Shown piece by piece: positions 48,478-61,300 of a stretch of DNA of 64,000 nucleotides. Where the stretch lies: positions 18,882 through 82,881 of IMG/VR virus record IMGVR_UViG_3300032223_003493. One strand, given 5' to 3'. The stretch comes from a virus. The notes under the pieces were generated by a model. The model saw only the letters and a list, made by a program, of their open reading frames with translations. It was not told the DNA's origin and searched no databases. The position numbers and the translations under genes are program-made. Within the stretch, counting starts at the first letter, position 1. Each line of letters starts with the position of its first letter.

Positions 48478-49443
48478 ATGAATCTGCAAATAGAAAACAA
48501 CAAACCTGTCGTAAATATAATTGATGGAGAAAACAACTTATCATTCGAGTTTATTTCTGCAGATAAAAATTATTTATTGAATCAAAATGATAGCATTGTA
48601 AGACTGTTGATGAAAAAACAAACTGTTGCTAATATAAGTTTGTTTGATAATTTTATTCAAGTATCTTTTGAAAAAACAATATCTTATATTCAGTTTATTT
48701 CATTAAAATTTAAATTTGATTCTATTGTTGAAGTGCATAATGATTATATAATTTTTTCTTTAGAAGACAAAGATTATGTAATCGAGTTTCAAGCCACAAA
48801 GTATAGTTTCGAATCTGATGACACTTTATTAGTTGTTTTAGATAAGGCAGATAATAGCTTTAAAATTTCTGAGTTAAACTCTTTTGCAGCTAGTTTTCAA
48901 GCACAAAATTTCAAAGCTTTTAATGCAAGTAATTCATTTGTAATTGATGATACTTGTAAAATGCCCGAATTTTCTATTGGAACTTACGATGATTCAGCAT
49001 TATCAACACCAAGGCCAGTTAGACAAGGCAACCCTATTATTTCAACTATTCCAGCATTGATTAGCTCAAGTTCTTCAACAGATGATATTGAATATTATAA
49101 TAATGGTTTGGGTCCTTTATCTAAAACAATTTATTTCAAAATTATTTGCAATACCATTTTAGAAAATACATTATCGGTTGGTGATTTATCTCCAAATCTT
49201 CAATTGAAAGTATATTTACCAAATGGTTTAGACACAGTTAAAGCACCAGTTTATGTTGGTATGTATTTTGTTTCTTCTGATTCAACTAATGATATGTCTG
49301 TATATTCTGCTTCTTACACTTTTTATAAACAAGGCAGATACAACAATATAGATTATGTAGACGGATTTATGTATTTCGATGTACATTGCCCATTAACTGT
49401 ACAAAAATCTATACCTTTCCAGTTTGATTTTCAACTTTTATAG
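48478..49443 (+). CDS. Hypothetical protein (321 aa)
   Basis: Coupled ORF in the structural operon. Confidence 0.55.
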   Translation: MNLQIENNKPVVNIIDGENNLSFEFISADKNYLLNQNDSIVRLLMKKQTVANISLFDNFIQVSFEKTISYIQFISLKFKFDSIVEVHNDYIIFSLEDKDYVIEFQATKYSFESDDTLLVVLDKADNSFKISELNSFAASFQAQNFKAFNASNSFVIDDTCKMPEFSIGTYDDSALSTPRPVRQGNPIISTIPALISSSSSTDDIEYYNNGLGPLSKTIYFKIICNTILENTLSVGDLSPNLQLKVYLPNGLDTVKAPVYVGMYFVSSDSTNDMSVYSASYTFYKQGRYNNIDYVDGFMYFDVHCPLTVQKSIPFQFDFQLL

Positions 49444-49500
49444 GGGCTACATCGGCTGGCAAAGAATATTTTAATATTCCCTGTTTAGCGGTGGTTACAA

Positions 49501-52500
49501 GTGCCATATAACGTTTCAATAATATTACCCAACAATCTTACAAGTGGATATCTTCAATCTGAATTCATAAATCTAGGGCAACCTTACTCTAGCAATCTAT
49601 ATTCTAAAGATCCAACACTTGATAATAACAGAAATACTCTTACTTTTAGCTTTGAAGTAAGAGATAGTGGCACTCGTGAATTAACTTATTTGAGAAGAAT
49701 CAAAACTCTTTATCTTTCAAATGATCCAGAATTTGATTCATCAGCAACTATCGCTATTTCAAACTGGCCATCTGTTTCTTACGTATACGATCCAACATAT
49801 AATTACGAATACACCTTAAATCCACAATATTTCTTTGACAATACACAATCTCAAGGAACTATGGCAACTCCAACTGCTGGGGGAACTGGTCTATTCAAAG
49901 TATACAACTGGCCTCTGAGTGCATCTGGTGGTCTTTCAACAGTTTATATGAAGGCTGTGCTTGAAGGCCCTAATGGTACTGATATCGAGTATCCTATGGG
50001 TTATGGTATATTTGATCAGATCCGTTGGGAAGGTCAAATTCCAGTCAATCCAGATTTTCCAGAAATTCCAAGTGCTAAATCTGGTTATATTGGAAAGAAT
50101 ACTCTTTTATCATTTGTAAGCGGAAATCAAGTAGCAGCACAAACAGAATCAACAGGTATTGGAAGATATATCGCTAGTATTTATGAAATTTCAAATACTG
50201 GTGGCACTTATGATGCTTATTCTGCTCATAACAATATTAAAAGAACACTTATTCCATCCGCATCTATAGCCTCTACAACTCTTACAACATACAGGTATTT
50301 TGATGGAAATTATTCTTCTTCAACAATCTCATTGGGTGCAAATATTGGCCTTACAAGTGCTAGTTATGGTAGAGGTGCTTTTTTCTATAGCAAAACAAAG
50401 TTAGTTTCAGCAACTAATAAAACAGACTTTTACACTCAAGCTGGTTTTTCTTTCACTACATCAGGTATCGCAGTAACATCTCAGGCATATTTAAAACTTT
50501 ATGCAGCACCTGATACAAGCGCTAATGGTAATGAAATTGTTTGTAGAGTTGATATTCCAAACAATTCAAATCCAACTGCATATCTTTACACAAGAATAAA
50601 TGGCACTGATAGTACCAATAAACAAACAACATCTTTACCTCATACAGTTCTTCCTTTGCTTCAATCTGGAGGAATAATGGAAATGTACTACTCGTCAATG
50701 GGTAGCACAAATTTATGTATGGTCGAAGCATATTTCACACCATACTTAGATCAATCAGTAGCATCAAGAAAAAGTTATTTATTAGGCAATGCAATACTTA
50801 CTTCTTTTGGCAGTTCATCGGTGGGAAGTGCATTTGGTTATCAAATTTCTCAATCATCAGGAACATACTCTGGTGGTTTGGTAGTAGAGGAATTATTTTT
50901 AGCTCAAGGAAAGTCAAAACTTTCTATAGATATTGGAGATTGTACTAACGATGACATTGCTATTATCAATTCTCCAGTAACAGATATAGAATACGGATGG
51001 ACTGATTCAGTAAATGAAGATTTTATTGTTTTAACTGATGCTCCTTCTGCTTTGACATTGACTACAACTGTAACAACTAATCTATATCAAATAAACAAAA
51101 TAGATAGCACAAATACATACTCTGTGCCAATTCATTATGAACTTCAATTGTACAAGCCATCTTTGAGCAATAGAAGTAGTTTTGAAATAGCTTTTAGTCA
51201 TGGTTCAGATGATGTTTATGTTGCTTTTAGTTCAGTTTCATCTTATAGATCTCATACTCAAAATAACCTCACAGTTAATTGGGATAGACCGTTTGGCGTT
51301 AGATGTAATGATGGATTTTCTTACACAGATTCACCACTAAATGCTCCAACAATTTTAGTAAAATTTAGTGGAGAAAAAAATGAAATATCTGCATCTTATA
51401 GAAGTGATGATAATAAGTTAAGAAGACAAGTTTTAAGATCCTACAAGCCACAAACAACAGTAAGCAAATTCTTGTTTGAAATTACTGATCAGCTACCTAA
51501 TTCTTACACTGGAAGATTTAAAAACAAAACTTACACTGGTACTTATTTATTAGTAAAAGAAATTACTGGAAGTGGAATCAATGTTGTTGGTGTTATAGAT
51601 ATGCTATTACCAATTAATTCAAACACTTCAGGTTTAGGATATTTTGTTGGATTTGGTGTTAGGAAAAGTTCATATAACAGCAACGGGTCAACTTATTTCC
51701 AAGACTTAAAATGGTCAGGAATTCCAAATTTATTTAAAGAACAGTTTGATAATGATAGCACTATCAAAACAACTCTTTTGTCCGATGAAGGATCTACAAA
51801 TTCAAAGCATTATTTGGGACAAAAATTATTAAGTGGTCTTACTGATTTAATTGATTATCAATATGAAACAGCAATTACTTTACCAAAATTAACCCTTGAT
51901 GCAAAATATTTTAGTTTTTCACCTTTGCCAAATACACCAACATATTCAGCAAATAAATTGACTGCGGGTACTGCTGGAACATTAATTTTGAATGGTGGAT
52001 ATATCACTTCCACATCTGATTATATTTTTGTAGCAGGACAATCATCTGCTCTACAAAATGGTGTTTATTATCAATCAAGAGTTGGAACAGCTTCAACAAC
52101 TTGGAGACTTACTAGAGTGTCTGAAATGGACACTAGCTCAGAAGTTCATTCTGGAATGCTTGTTAGAATTCCGATGGATTACAGTGTATCTAGTACAAAA
52201 TGGTATCTTACGACTCCAGACCCAATAACTCTTGGTACAACTAGTTTATCTTTTAGTGCTTCCAAACCTACTCCTGATGTTATATCTTTAGCAACAACAG
52301 GATCAAATTTAACCATAGCAAGCATAGGCTCAGCTACTATTGATGGGACTGCTTTATCTTCTTTAGCTGTGGGAAGTAAAATTTTAGTTAAAGATCAAAT
52401 CAATAATGTAGAAAATGGAGTATACATAAAATCAGTCTCTGGATTTGCTATAACTTCTATTGACTACAATGTTCCCTTAAGAGTGTCTGGAGGAACAATA

Positions 52501-53853
52501 AATGCTAATACAAATTGGTACAAAGCAGAAGTTACTTTCAATGGCAATTTATCTGATAGGTTTGTAAGTACTACTTTCTTCAAATCCATAACTGTTGGTG
52601 AAATATCAAACTTTTTCACAACAACAAAACCTAAATTATTTGAATTCAAGCTGCATTGGAATGGATACGATAAATCTTTCCCAATGAATGAATTGAAAAT
52701 AAGATTTTTCAAAAATATTGGATCTTTGCCAGACTATAATAACCCTCTTACATCTTGGAAATCAGTATCTTATAAACCATTTGTAGCAGGTTTTAATAAC
52801 AGTCCAAATAATAATTTAGTTCAAGTTAAATTATCTGATTCTGATTGGAACCAAAACATTTCACAATCAGATGTCATATGGGTAGCAATTACAATACCTT
52901 TCAATGCTGCTTTAGGAAGAGCTAATGGAATAGAACTTTCTAATGTTGATTATATTCAAAATGGCGAATTTTCTGGCTATAGAAGAGCTAATAATCTGTG
53001 GCATAAACTTCATACAACATACGAAGAAAAAGCCAAAAATTCAACACAAAATAATACTATTCAATATAGAGTGAGGGCAGCATCACACGGAAATATTTCT
53101 AGCTACTCTACTAAATTGAGTAGTCCATCTAAAATTGATATTAATCCTCCAATGTATGCTGGAGATGTACCTAATATTTTAGTAGCGACAGAATCCACTT
53201 TAAGAATGGTTCAATTATCTATACAAGCTGAAGATAATGAGTCGGGAATACTTGCATTTAGAGTGGGTAAAGAAATTGATAATTCTTTTATTAACTATAC
53301 TCCTTGGCTGCCTTGGGATAAATTTATAGTAAATACTGACAATCAATATTTCTTGTATCTTTATGGGCATCTAAATTATTATGCTTTAGGTCCACAAAAT
53401 ACAGCTTTTCAAAATCAAAATATAGGTTTTTCAGGTCAAAGAAAAATCTGGGTTCAATTAATGGATTACATGGGCAATGTATCTGAATCTAATCCATTAA
53501 GTTTTGTTGCTACTTCTCAAGCATTAGTTGATACAGAAGCACCATATGGAACAGTAAATTTCTTTGATCCTAAAACAAATCAAACAACAACACTATCCAA
53601 TTTACCTCAATCTTGGATGAAGCTAGATGGTCAGGATTTAGTATCGGGAATAAAAGATTTCAAAATGAGAAGATTGTTAGATTCTGGAAATGGTGATTGG
53701 TCAGAATGGATACCTTATTCTCCATATGTAAAGGTGGATTTTACAGGCGAAAGTGATGGAGTTAAGAAAGTTGAAATTAAATTTAGAGATTTTGGAAATA
53801 ACATCACTCAACCAGAAGTTAAGTGGAATGCAATTAGGAGACCAAAAGTATAA
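49501..53853 (+). CDS. Mosaic virion/tail fibre protein (1450 aa, GTG start) with two LVKDQ-type modules and C-terminal Ig-like modules
   Basis: GGTGG ribosome-binding site; FVAGQSSALQNGVY and ILVKDQINNVENGVY modules; DTEAPYG...DGVKKVEIKFRDFGNN. Confidence 0.6.
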   Translation: MPYNVSIILPNNLTSGYLQSEFINLGQPYSSNLYSKDPTLDNNRNTLTFSFEVRDSGTRELTYLRRIKTLYLSNDPEFDSSATIAISNWPSVSYVYDPTYNYEYTLNPQYFFDNTQSQGTMATPTAGGTGLFKVYNWPLSASGGLSTVYMKAVLEGPNGTDIEYPMGYGIFDQIRWEGQIPVNPDFPEIPSAKSGYIGKNTLLSFVSGNQVAAQTESTGIGRYIASIYEISNTGGTYDAYSAHNNIKRTLIPSASIASTTLTTYRYFDGNYSSSTISLGANIGLTSASYGRGAFFYSKTKLVSATNKTDFYTQAGFSFTTSGIAVTSQAYLKLYAAPDTSANGNEIVCRVDIPNNSNPTAYLYTRINGTDSTNKQTTSLPHTVLPLLQSGGIMEMYYSSMGSTNLCMVEAYFTPYLDQSVASRKSYLLGNAILTSFGSSSVGSAFGYQISQSSGTYSGGLVVEELFLAQGKSKLSIDIGDCTNDDIAIINSPVTDIEYGWTDSVNEDFIVLTDAPSALTLTTTVTTNLYQINKIDSTNTYSVPIHYELQLYKPSLSNRSSFEIAFSHGSDDVYVAFSSVSSYRSHTQNNLTVNWDRPFGVRCNDGFSYTDSPLNAPTILVKFSGEKNEISASYRSDDNKLRRQVLRSYKPQTTVSKFLFEITDQLPNSYTGRFKNKTYTGTYLLVKEITGSGINVVGVIDMLLPINSNTSGLGYFVGFGVRKSSYNSNGSTYFQDLKWSGIPNLFKEQFDNDSTIKTTLLSDEGSTNSKHYLGQKLLSGLTDLIDYQYETAITLPKLTLDAKYFSFSPLPNTPTYSANKLTAGTAGTLILNGGYITSTSDYIFVAGQSSALQNGVYYQSRVGTASTTWRLTRVSEMDTSSEVHSGMLVRIPMDYSVSSTKWYLTTPDPITLGTTSLSFSASKPTPDVISLATTGSNLTIASIGSATIDGTALSSLAVGSKILVKDQINNVENGVYIKSVSGFAITSIDYNVPLRVSGGTINANTNWYKAEVTFNGNLSDRFVSTTFFKSITVGEISNFFTTTKPKLFEFKLHWNGYDKSFPMNELKIRFFKNIGSLPDYNNPLTSWKSVSYKPFVAGFNNSPNNNLVQVKLSDSDWNQNISQSDVIWVAITIPFNAALGRANGIELSNVDYIQNGEFSGYRRANNLWHKLHTTYEEKAKNSTQNNTIQYRVRAASHGNISSYSTKLSSPSKIDINPPMYAGDVPNILVATESTLRMVQLSIQAEDNESGILAFRVGKEIDNSFINYTPWLPWDKFIVNTDNQYFLYLYGHLNYYALGPQNTAFQNQNIGFSGQRKIWVQLMDYMGNVSESNPLSFVATSQALVDTEAPYGTVNFFDPKTNQTTTLSNLPQSWMKLDGQDLVSGIKDFKMRRLLDSGNGDWSEWIPYSPYVKVDFTGESDGVKKVEIKFRDFGNNITQPEVKWNAIRRPKV

Positions 53854-56819
53854 TGGTGCCAACAATTTTTACAGCTAGTTGTTCTTGGATGGGACCTAAC
53901 GATAGCGAAAAAATATTATACTTTTCTGGGATTACAAAGAAAAGAATTACAAATATTTCTTTAGTTGATAGTCTTGATCCAGCTTATACTGCTGGGACTG
54001 CATTCAAACTTGTTGGCACCAATTCAGATGATTTAGGTAGAGTATACAAAGTAAATTCACAAGATGAACTTATTGTCAATTCATCAGTAAGTTATGGAGT
54101 TGATGATTATAAAAATTATTTAGTTTTTTCAACTCCAGTCACTGCATCTACCATCACTGTAGTTTTGGAAAGATATTATGCATCAATTCATAAAGCTAAT
54201 CTTGTGTCTTTTGAAAAAATAATTGATTTAGAAAACCAAGGAGAAAGAGGCATAACATCTATGGTGCCTTCTGACAATGGTATTTATTTGTCAGGCATAT
54301 CAGGAAAAATTTGGTTTTACAATGGCGAATATATAAGCGGACCAGTTTTCATTCTTCAAGAAAATAACGTAGATCTATCAGCTTCTGTAATGATTTCGCA
54401 TAAATTTGAACATGAAGACGAAACTTACTTGTATGTTGCTTCTGATCAATTACCTAGATTATATAGATCCAAACTAAGCGCCGCATATAATGGTAGTGAA
54501 TGGGAACAAGTTTACCCTTATGGAGAATTAGCTGCAAATTCTGGCGGAATTCTTTCAATGGTTTCTGCATATAATAAATTATTCATAGGTTGTTTGAATA
54601 AAAAAATTCACAGATACTCACGCACACTTACAGTTTCATTGTCAGAGCCAACAAATTTAATTACAGAAGAAGTTATTGTCAAAGAAACAGAAACTGAATC
54701 TTTAGAAACATCTACAATAATTTCAAATAATATCACTGATTTTGAAGCTACAGATTTTGGCATTAGATGTTTGTCTGTTGGTAAAAATCAAGTTTTAGCT
54801 GGCATTGATAAGAAGCCAGAAGTTTGGTCATATTCTGAAATTCCATTATCAAATCCAACCACTGATGAAAGTTGGACATCATTATTTTTAGATGAAGTTT
54901 TTATGAATGATCCAGCTCCAGCACAATTTTATTCATATGACAGTAATACCTTATCAAGAAATGATCAAAATGTAGCTATAGCAAGATTTCCTACAGAAAA
55001 TAATCCTCAACAATTTGATGAGTTTTTGGTAATTAAAGGAAATACAGTATCTTCAACTGGTGCAACAGCTTATGGCTCAAGATTATATGAAATTTCTGAG
55101 GGTTCTGACTGGGAACAATTATTGCGAGAAAATCTGCCAAGTCAAGATTTCATAAGTATTAAATGTGCATCTTGGAAAGCTATATCAAGTTGGGATAATT
55201 TTACTTCACTTGATGGATACGACTTGATTATAAATGATTTGTTTTTACTTAAAGATCAAACAGTTTCAGGAACAAATGGAATTTACAACGGAATATATGT
55301 ATACAATGGAGTAAACAATACACCTTCGTTAGTAAATGTTACGCAATATATAGTTTCAGGAAGCACAGTATTAGGATTTTATATTCAAACTGGATATATA
55401 AATACAGGAAATAGATATCTATTAAATTATTCTGATTATATTTCTTCTGGAAATTTTATCGTTTACAAACCAAGCTATACTTTTGAAGCAAGAGTTATTA
55501 ATTTAAATCAAAGTCAAGCAGCAACATCTACAGATTTGCGCAATGAAATCACTCTGAATAGCGCTGAACAAATTCCTGTAAATTCTTTGACAGGATATCA
55601 AGGTTTTCAAATAGCTGATCTTTATGGTCAATATTCAATTGAATTCAATGCTACTACAATGAAACTGTCTAGTGGTATGAACACTGTAGAAAAAACTCTT
55701 ACCACTACAGGTTTAGTCGCAGATTGGCAATTCTATACTGTATCGAGTGGAACTGTTTCATCAAGTAAACAATCTTGGACTATCAATAAATTTATTACAG
55801 ATTTATCAGCTACTACTGAAACAAATTATGATATTTTTAATGACGCTTATAGTAAGTATGTATTAAAAATTACTCCAGCATTAACAGGAAATCCATCAAT
55901 TTATATTGATAATTTAAGTTTAGACGTTGATTTGAATTCTGTTATATCTATACGTGTAAAAGCTAAACCAAAATCAAAAGTATTATGTCTTGGAAAAATA
56001 AAAGCATATTGGGCTTATGATGGTGGAATTTTCAATATTAGTGCAGAGACAGCTTTGCATACATCTGACGAATATATTGAATATAAAATTCAACCAATTT
56101 GGAAAGGAACTATTGGTAAGCTTCAAATTGAGTTTGTTGATTTGCCAGAAAATAACGATAGACCTAATGAAATTCTTATCGACCTTATTCAAATTCAATC
56201 TAATGAAGATGTATTTGATCTTAATAATAAATTATCCAAAATTAGATGGATTGTTGAAGATAGAGATATAAAGATTTATCTTGGGGAACAAAAGAATCCA
56301 TTTATTGAAAAGAAAAACTTTATTTCATTGGATACATATAGTGCCAAATATTTGGATTCAACAGCTAATACTTACGATTATGATCATCCATTTATTCAGT
56401 TTGGAAAATTAAATAACGATGCTGGTGATTCACTTGTTGGATATTCAAATATATCTTTCATTATTGGTGAAACTTATGTTCCTACTAATTGTAAGGTAAT
56501 TGATTTCAACCAATCAGTAGTTCTTCCATCAACAGGTGGAGTTAGGTTATTCACTTACCACGATGGAACATTATATTGTGCAACAGATGGATTTATAAGT
56601 AATAAAATTTCTGACAATCCAAATGACAGACAAAGCAAAATTTTCTACTATAACTCGAATGCTGAAAGTTGGTTCCCAGAAGACATAACTTTTGAAAGAA
56701 AAAAAGTTTTTGACAATACTGGCAATTACACTTTATATGGCGTTATCAGACCCTTGACAGCAATTAGTTATAAAGGCAAATTATTTTTGAGCGGACACTA
56801 CGGAAATATCAAACCATAA
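53853..56819 (+). CDS. Mosaic virion protein (988 aa): propeller-like repeats, LVKDQ-type module and CBM-like domain
   Basis: ITSMVP...IYLSG and [14 protein letters not shown] blades; GNPSI...ISIRVK...[12 protein letters not shown]...IDLIQI resembles a galactose-binding-like domain. Confidence 0.55.
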   Translation: MVPTIFTASCSWMGPNDSEKILYFSGITKKRITNISLVDSLDPAYTAGTAFKLVGTNSDDLGRVYKVNSQDELIVNSSVSYGVDDYKNYLVFSTPVTASTITVVLERYYASIHKANLVSFEKIIDLENQGERGITSMVPSDNGIYLSGISGKIWFYNGEYISGPVFILQENNVDLSASVMISHKFEHEDETYLYVASDQLPRLYRSKLSAAYNGSEWEQVYPYGELAANSGGILSMVSAYNKLFIGCLNKKIHRYSRTLTVSLSEPTNLITEEVIVKETETESLETSTIISNNITDFEATDFGIRCLSVGKNQVLAGIDKKPEVWSYSEIPLSNPTTDESWTSLFLDEVFMNDPAPAQFYSYDSNTLSRNDQNVAIARFPTENNPQQFDEFLVIKGNTVSSTGATAYGSRLYEISEGSDWEQLLRENLPSQDFISIKCASWKAISSWDNFTSLDGYDLIINDLFLLKDQTVSGTNGIYNGIYVYNGVNNTPSLVNVTQYIVSGSTVLGFYIQTGYINTGNRYLLNYSDYISSGNFIVYKPSYTFEARVINLNQSQAATSTDLRNEITLNSAEQIPVNSLTGYQGFQIADLYGQYSIEFNATTMKLSSGMNTVEKTLTTTGLVADWQFYTVSSGTVSSSKQSWTINKFITDLSATTETNYDIFNDAYSKYVLKITPALTGNPSIYIDNLSLDVDLNSVISIRVKAKPKSKVLCLGKIKAYWAYDGGIFNISAETALHTSDEYIEYKIQPIWKGTIGKLQIEFVDLPENNDRPNEILIDLIQIQSNEDVFDLNNKLSKIRWIVEDRDIKIYLGEQKNPFIEKKNFISLDTYSAKYLDSTANTYDYDHPFIQFGKLNNDAGDSLVGYSNISFIIGETYVPTNCKVIDFNQSVVLPSTGGVRLFTYHDGTLYCATDGFISNKISDNPNDRQSKIFYYNSNAESWFPEDITFERKKVFDNTGNYTLYGVIRPLTAISYKGKLFLSGHYGNIKP

Positions 56820-58336
56820 TGAGCGAAGATTTAAGAAATACATTCATAGCTTTCAGTGGTGCTAGTCCTGGAATCTCTACAAGTTTAACTAATTTATCAT
56901 ACACTTCATATGATGGAAAAAGAATTTATTTAAACTTTGATGACATAGATAGCACTGGAATTGAACCTGCCACAGGGCTACAATTAAGATTTTCTGTAAC
57001 TAAAAAATTTGGAGCAATTGCAACCACTGTAACTCCATCATCTACCTTTGTTGATGCTAGTTCTCCGAAGACTTTACAGTTGATTTTAGCAGATTCTGAC
57101 AGAATTGTAGATTATTCGTATAATGGTAGTGGGGTAGCCTTAACTGCTCAAACAGTATTCGTTTCTTACAACGCTACTGGATTTGGCAGTACAGTCGCAA
57201 AATTATCTGATAACGACACACAAAAATCATATGTATCATCATTTACAGGTGTTGGGATTACAAATCTTACCAAAGAAGCTAATCCTCCTGTATACAATTA
57301 TTCAACCACAAGTACTGACGGAACAAAAGTTTACGTTTATTACACAGAGGCTACTCCACCCCTTCTTCCAACTACAAGCATAAGTGGTTTTGCTGTTAGC
57401 CAAAATGGCTCTGGTATTGCAATTTCCAATGCATATGTATTAGATCCAACAAGTGCGACAAATGGTAAGGTTATAGTTCTTGATTTAGGTTCAAGATTGG
57501 GTGTAAATGATGCAACAAACCCAGTAACTTTAACTTACACACAACCAGTTTCTGATTTTTATAAAATTAAAGATAGTACTGGTACAGGTTTAACATATGC
57601 AGTTTCTTTTGCTGGAAGTGCTGTAACTAATTTAACTAGTAGTACTTTTCTTCCAAAAATAACTCAGTCATATACCGGCACAGGTGTTTCTGGAAATATT
57701 GTGTATGTACGAATGTCAACTACTACAACACCAGCTTCTCCATCTGGGTTTGGTATTTCTTACAACAATGTTGCTAAAACCATTTCAAGCATAGGTGCAT
57801 CAGCTTTAGTTTATAGTGGAATTGCAACAACTGTATATCTACTTACAATGTCTTCCTATTTTGGCGCAGAAGATGTAATTTCTGTAAACTATACACAGCC
57901 TGCCTCAAATTACATAACTGATAGATCATCAAATGCAAATAAACTTGCAAGTCTTACATCACCAATTACTGCAAAAAATTATATAACTGATACAACTGCA
58001 CCTACTTTAGATACCACAAAAAGTTATATTGACATTAATGGGCAAGATATATATTTAAAATTTACAGAAAATAATTCTAGACCTATGTTGCCAGCTGCAG
58101 GAATTCAAAATTTTTATGTTTCTATTGATGGACAATTTACACCAATAAAATCATCTACTGGTCTAGGCATTACTTTTTCTACAGATGTAAAGTTATCTCT
58201 TTACAATAAAATTAATTACAATAGTGTTGTTAAGGTTGGATATAGTGGGAATGGCGGAACTGCAGCATTAAGAGATAGTTCTAATAATTATGTTGCAAAT
58301 TTTGAACCGCTTTTAATATCAAATTATGGCGTATGA
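56819..58336 (+). CDS. Protein with four SwmB-like (Ig-like) repeats
   Basis: Four roughly 120-aa units with G..[IV]Y...F.V...L.L...V...Y...[IL].D...N pattern, for example DTTAPTL...NGQDIYLKF...[12 protein letters not shown]. Confidence 0.7.
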   Translation: MSEDLRNTFIAFSGASPGISTSLTNLSYTSYDGKRIYLNFDDIDSTGIEPATGLQLRFSVTKKFGAIATTVTPSSTFVDASSPKTLQLILADSDRIVDYSYNGSGVALTAQTVFVSYNATGFGSTVAKLSDNDTQKSYVSSFTGVGITNLTKEANPPVYNYSTTSTDGTKVYVYYTEATPPLLPTTSISGFAVSQNGSGIAISNAYVLDPTSATNGKVIVLDLGSRLGVNDATNPVTLTYTQPVSDFYKIKDSTGTGLTYAVSFAGSAVTNLTSSTFLPKITQSYTGTGVSGNIVYVRMSTTTTPASPSGFGISYNNVAKTISSIGASALVYSGIATTVYLLTMSSYFGAEDVISVNYTQPASNYITDRSSNANKLASLTSPITAKNYITDTTAPTLDTTKSYIDINGQDIYLKFTENNSRPMLPAAGIQNFYVSIDGQFTPIKSSTGLGITFSTDVKLSLYNKINYNSVVKVGYSGNGGTAALRDSSNNYVANFEPLLISNYGV

Positions 58337-61300
58337 TAACTACGGTTTCTTCGATCCCAAATATTGGAATGAAGCTTTAAATAACGGCACTTCAATAGGA
58401 TTCGAAATTGAGGATGAGACAACAGATATTTTCGTAAAATCTGAATTTTATCCTAATGCCAGCGTTATTTATGATACCAATCCGCCTAAAGGTATCTTGA
58501 TATTAAATAGAAAAGCTGATGATGTTGATCCTGGAATAAAAGTTCATTATTTCTCTGGTACTGGATATTCTTCAACTACTACTGAATACACTGATACAAC
58601 CAGTTCATATTCATTTACAAAAACAATTAATGCTTTTAAAATAACATCTGATAAATCTCAAAATATCTCAACAATTTATTTAAAATTAAAGAAAACTGGA
58701 AGCATTATTAATTTGGGCGACAGAATCAATGTTGCTTTATATACTCATGACACTACAAATGATGCTCCGTCTGCTCTTTTGGGCTCATTCGCAAGTATTC
58801 AGTTCAATGATCTTACTACTTCTTTTGTCTCGTATTCTTTCACAAATACTGGTGTTGCATTAGCAGCAGACACAACATATTGGATACATATAACACTAGA
58901 TAATTTGCCATTACCAACAGTTGGCACTGCTACAATTGACATAGCAAATTACACAAATAAATCTTCTGAATTTGCATATTATGACAGTACTAATACAACT
59001 TGGATCAGACTAGCAAACACATCACCGTATTATAAGATAACTGCCTTTAATACATCATCAGCAGAATTATCTTCAAAAGATTATTTACTTGATCTTTTTG
59101 AAATACCAATCAAAGAAGTTTCAGTTTATGGTGGTAGCTCTGATCTTTCCAAATATGAAGTGATTGGCAATGATCAAGCAAATTATATCTATAAAAAATT
59201 TGATCCAGTTTATGAAGACACATCAAATTCTGCAAATAATATTTATCCAACAGTAACTAATTTAATTGTTGGTGCAACCGCAAAAAATACAAAGACATAC
59301 ATTTTGCAAGTAAAGCAAACTAAATCATCTGATTGGGAAGATATTGTTGAGAATATTGCAGATCCACAAACAACAGATTATTTAAACTTTACATTCACAG
59401 ATCCTATTTCACTTTATGCTGCTCGAATTGCTTATCATGGAGACTACTTCACTATAGATCAAAGAGGTGATATAACTCTAGCCGCTTATGATCAATTCTC
59501 GGATGTTGTATCAGCACAAATATCAAGATTTTCTGATTTCAGAGATGCTACTTCTTTTCCAAATGCTGATTCAAAAGGATTTATAGATTTTTCTGCTGGT
59601 GAAACAACTTTCACTAATGTCGATCTTACGAATGCAGCTTATTTGTGGGCTAAAACAACAGGAAATGCAGCTTCTGAAATTACTGCTATTGCTACTTTCG
59701 GAGAGAAAATATTAATAGCAGCAAACCATAAAATGTACGTTTACAATAATGGATCAGTATATGAGATATTAAATGAATCACTTGTAAGCGAAAAGTACCA
59801 AATTACATGTATCCATGTCTTCAATGGTCGAGCATATGCAGGTACGAATTATGGTCTTGTTTTTACTTCTTTTAATGGTGAATTTTGGAGTGTATTAAAC
59901 GCAAAAGACCCATTGTCGCAAACCTCATACAAACTGTTAAAGCCTATTATATCTATGACATCTTTAGGCAACAATTTATTTTTAGGATCGACAAAAGGTG
60001 CTACTAGCTCTTGTTCAGTTTATCAATACAATGGTAAAGCAATAACAGAAATAAAAACTTTCACTACATATGATCAAGTTTCTGCTCTTGCTGCAAAAGA
60101 ATTTACTTTGTATGCTGGATTGGGAGGAGCTTTTGGTAGTGCAGCATCAGCAATTTATAAATATTACAATTCAGAATGGGTGCAAACATTATCATCAAAT
60201 TATGATAATGTTGAATGTTTAGCAAAATCTACTACTAGAAATTCTATCATTGCTGGTTTAAGAGGCGGACAAATCTGGGAGTTATCTTTTACAAATGCAA
60301 CAGCTAATTCTTGGGCTAAACTTTACGATACATATGCTGATCATATTCACAATATATACGATGATTCAAATGGCAATTACGTTTATATTAGCGCTGATAA
60401 TGGAGTTTACGGATATTTTAATTCAATAAAGAATTTTAAAAAATTAGTCTCTTACTCATATGATACCAACTTGCTTAATGCTACTTGGAGATCGTATACA
60501 GGTACAGGCATTTCTTGGACTGATATTGGAGATATTGAAAGTTATAATTTTATTGCATACAGAGGACAAACCGAGGCTATAAATTATAATGGAGCTATTG
60601 GAAGTTCATTCATCCCACCTTCAGGGTTTACAAATAGCTCAGTAACTTTTGATGGCGCTATCAGAACGTCAAAAGATGGAGCTGTTTCATTTAGAATTGA
60701 TAGTAATGTAGGATATAATTTATTTGTAAATGATATCTTGCAAATAAGTAATTACACACAATCAACTTCATTAACATCATTATATTCAACTAACGCTTTT
60801 AATGCTTTAGAAGGTGATTTACTCAAGATAAAACTCCAAACTACAAATAATGTTGGATCTGGGACTACATTTAAGTTATTTTGGCAGAAAAATACCGGAG
60901 AAACTTTCGAAGCAATCCCAGCATCCCAATTTTATGGAGCAAGTAAAGTAAAGTCGGTATCAGCCATTGGAAACACATTCTATGGAGCTGGAATGGATGG
61001 TAGCATTTACGAATTTACTACAACTCCATATGAAAACAATAATAGATATATTTATGCAAGATTTAAAGATCAAGCAGGAAATATTCAAGGTGTCTCTTTA
61101 CCTGCCCATTCTAGTGGTTTTCCTGTTATAAGCGACAGAATGATGCAAGTGGCAAACACTGCAAACAGTACAGGTTCATTTATTCAATATACAACAACTA
61201 CTGTTACATCAAATTCGAATACTACAATTAATGTAATTACAGGTAATACGCAAACTACTGGTACTGGTACTGGAACAAGCACTACTAATACCAACACAAA

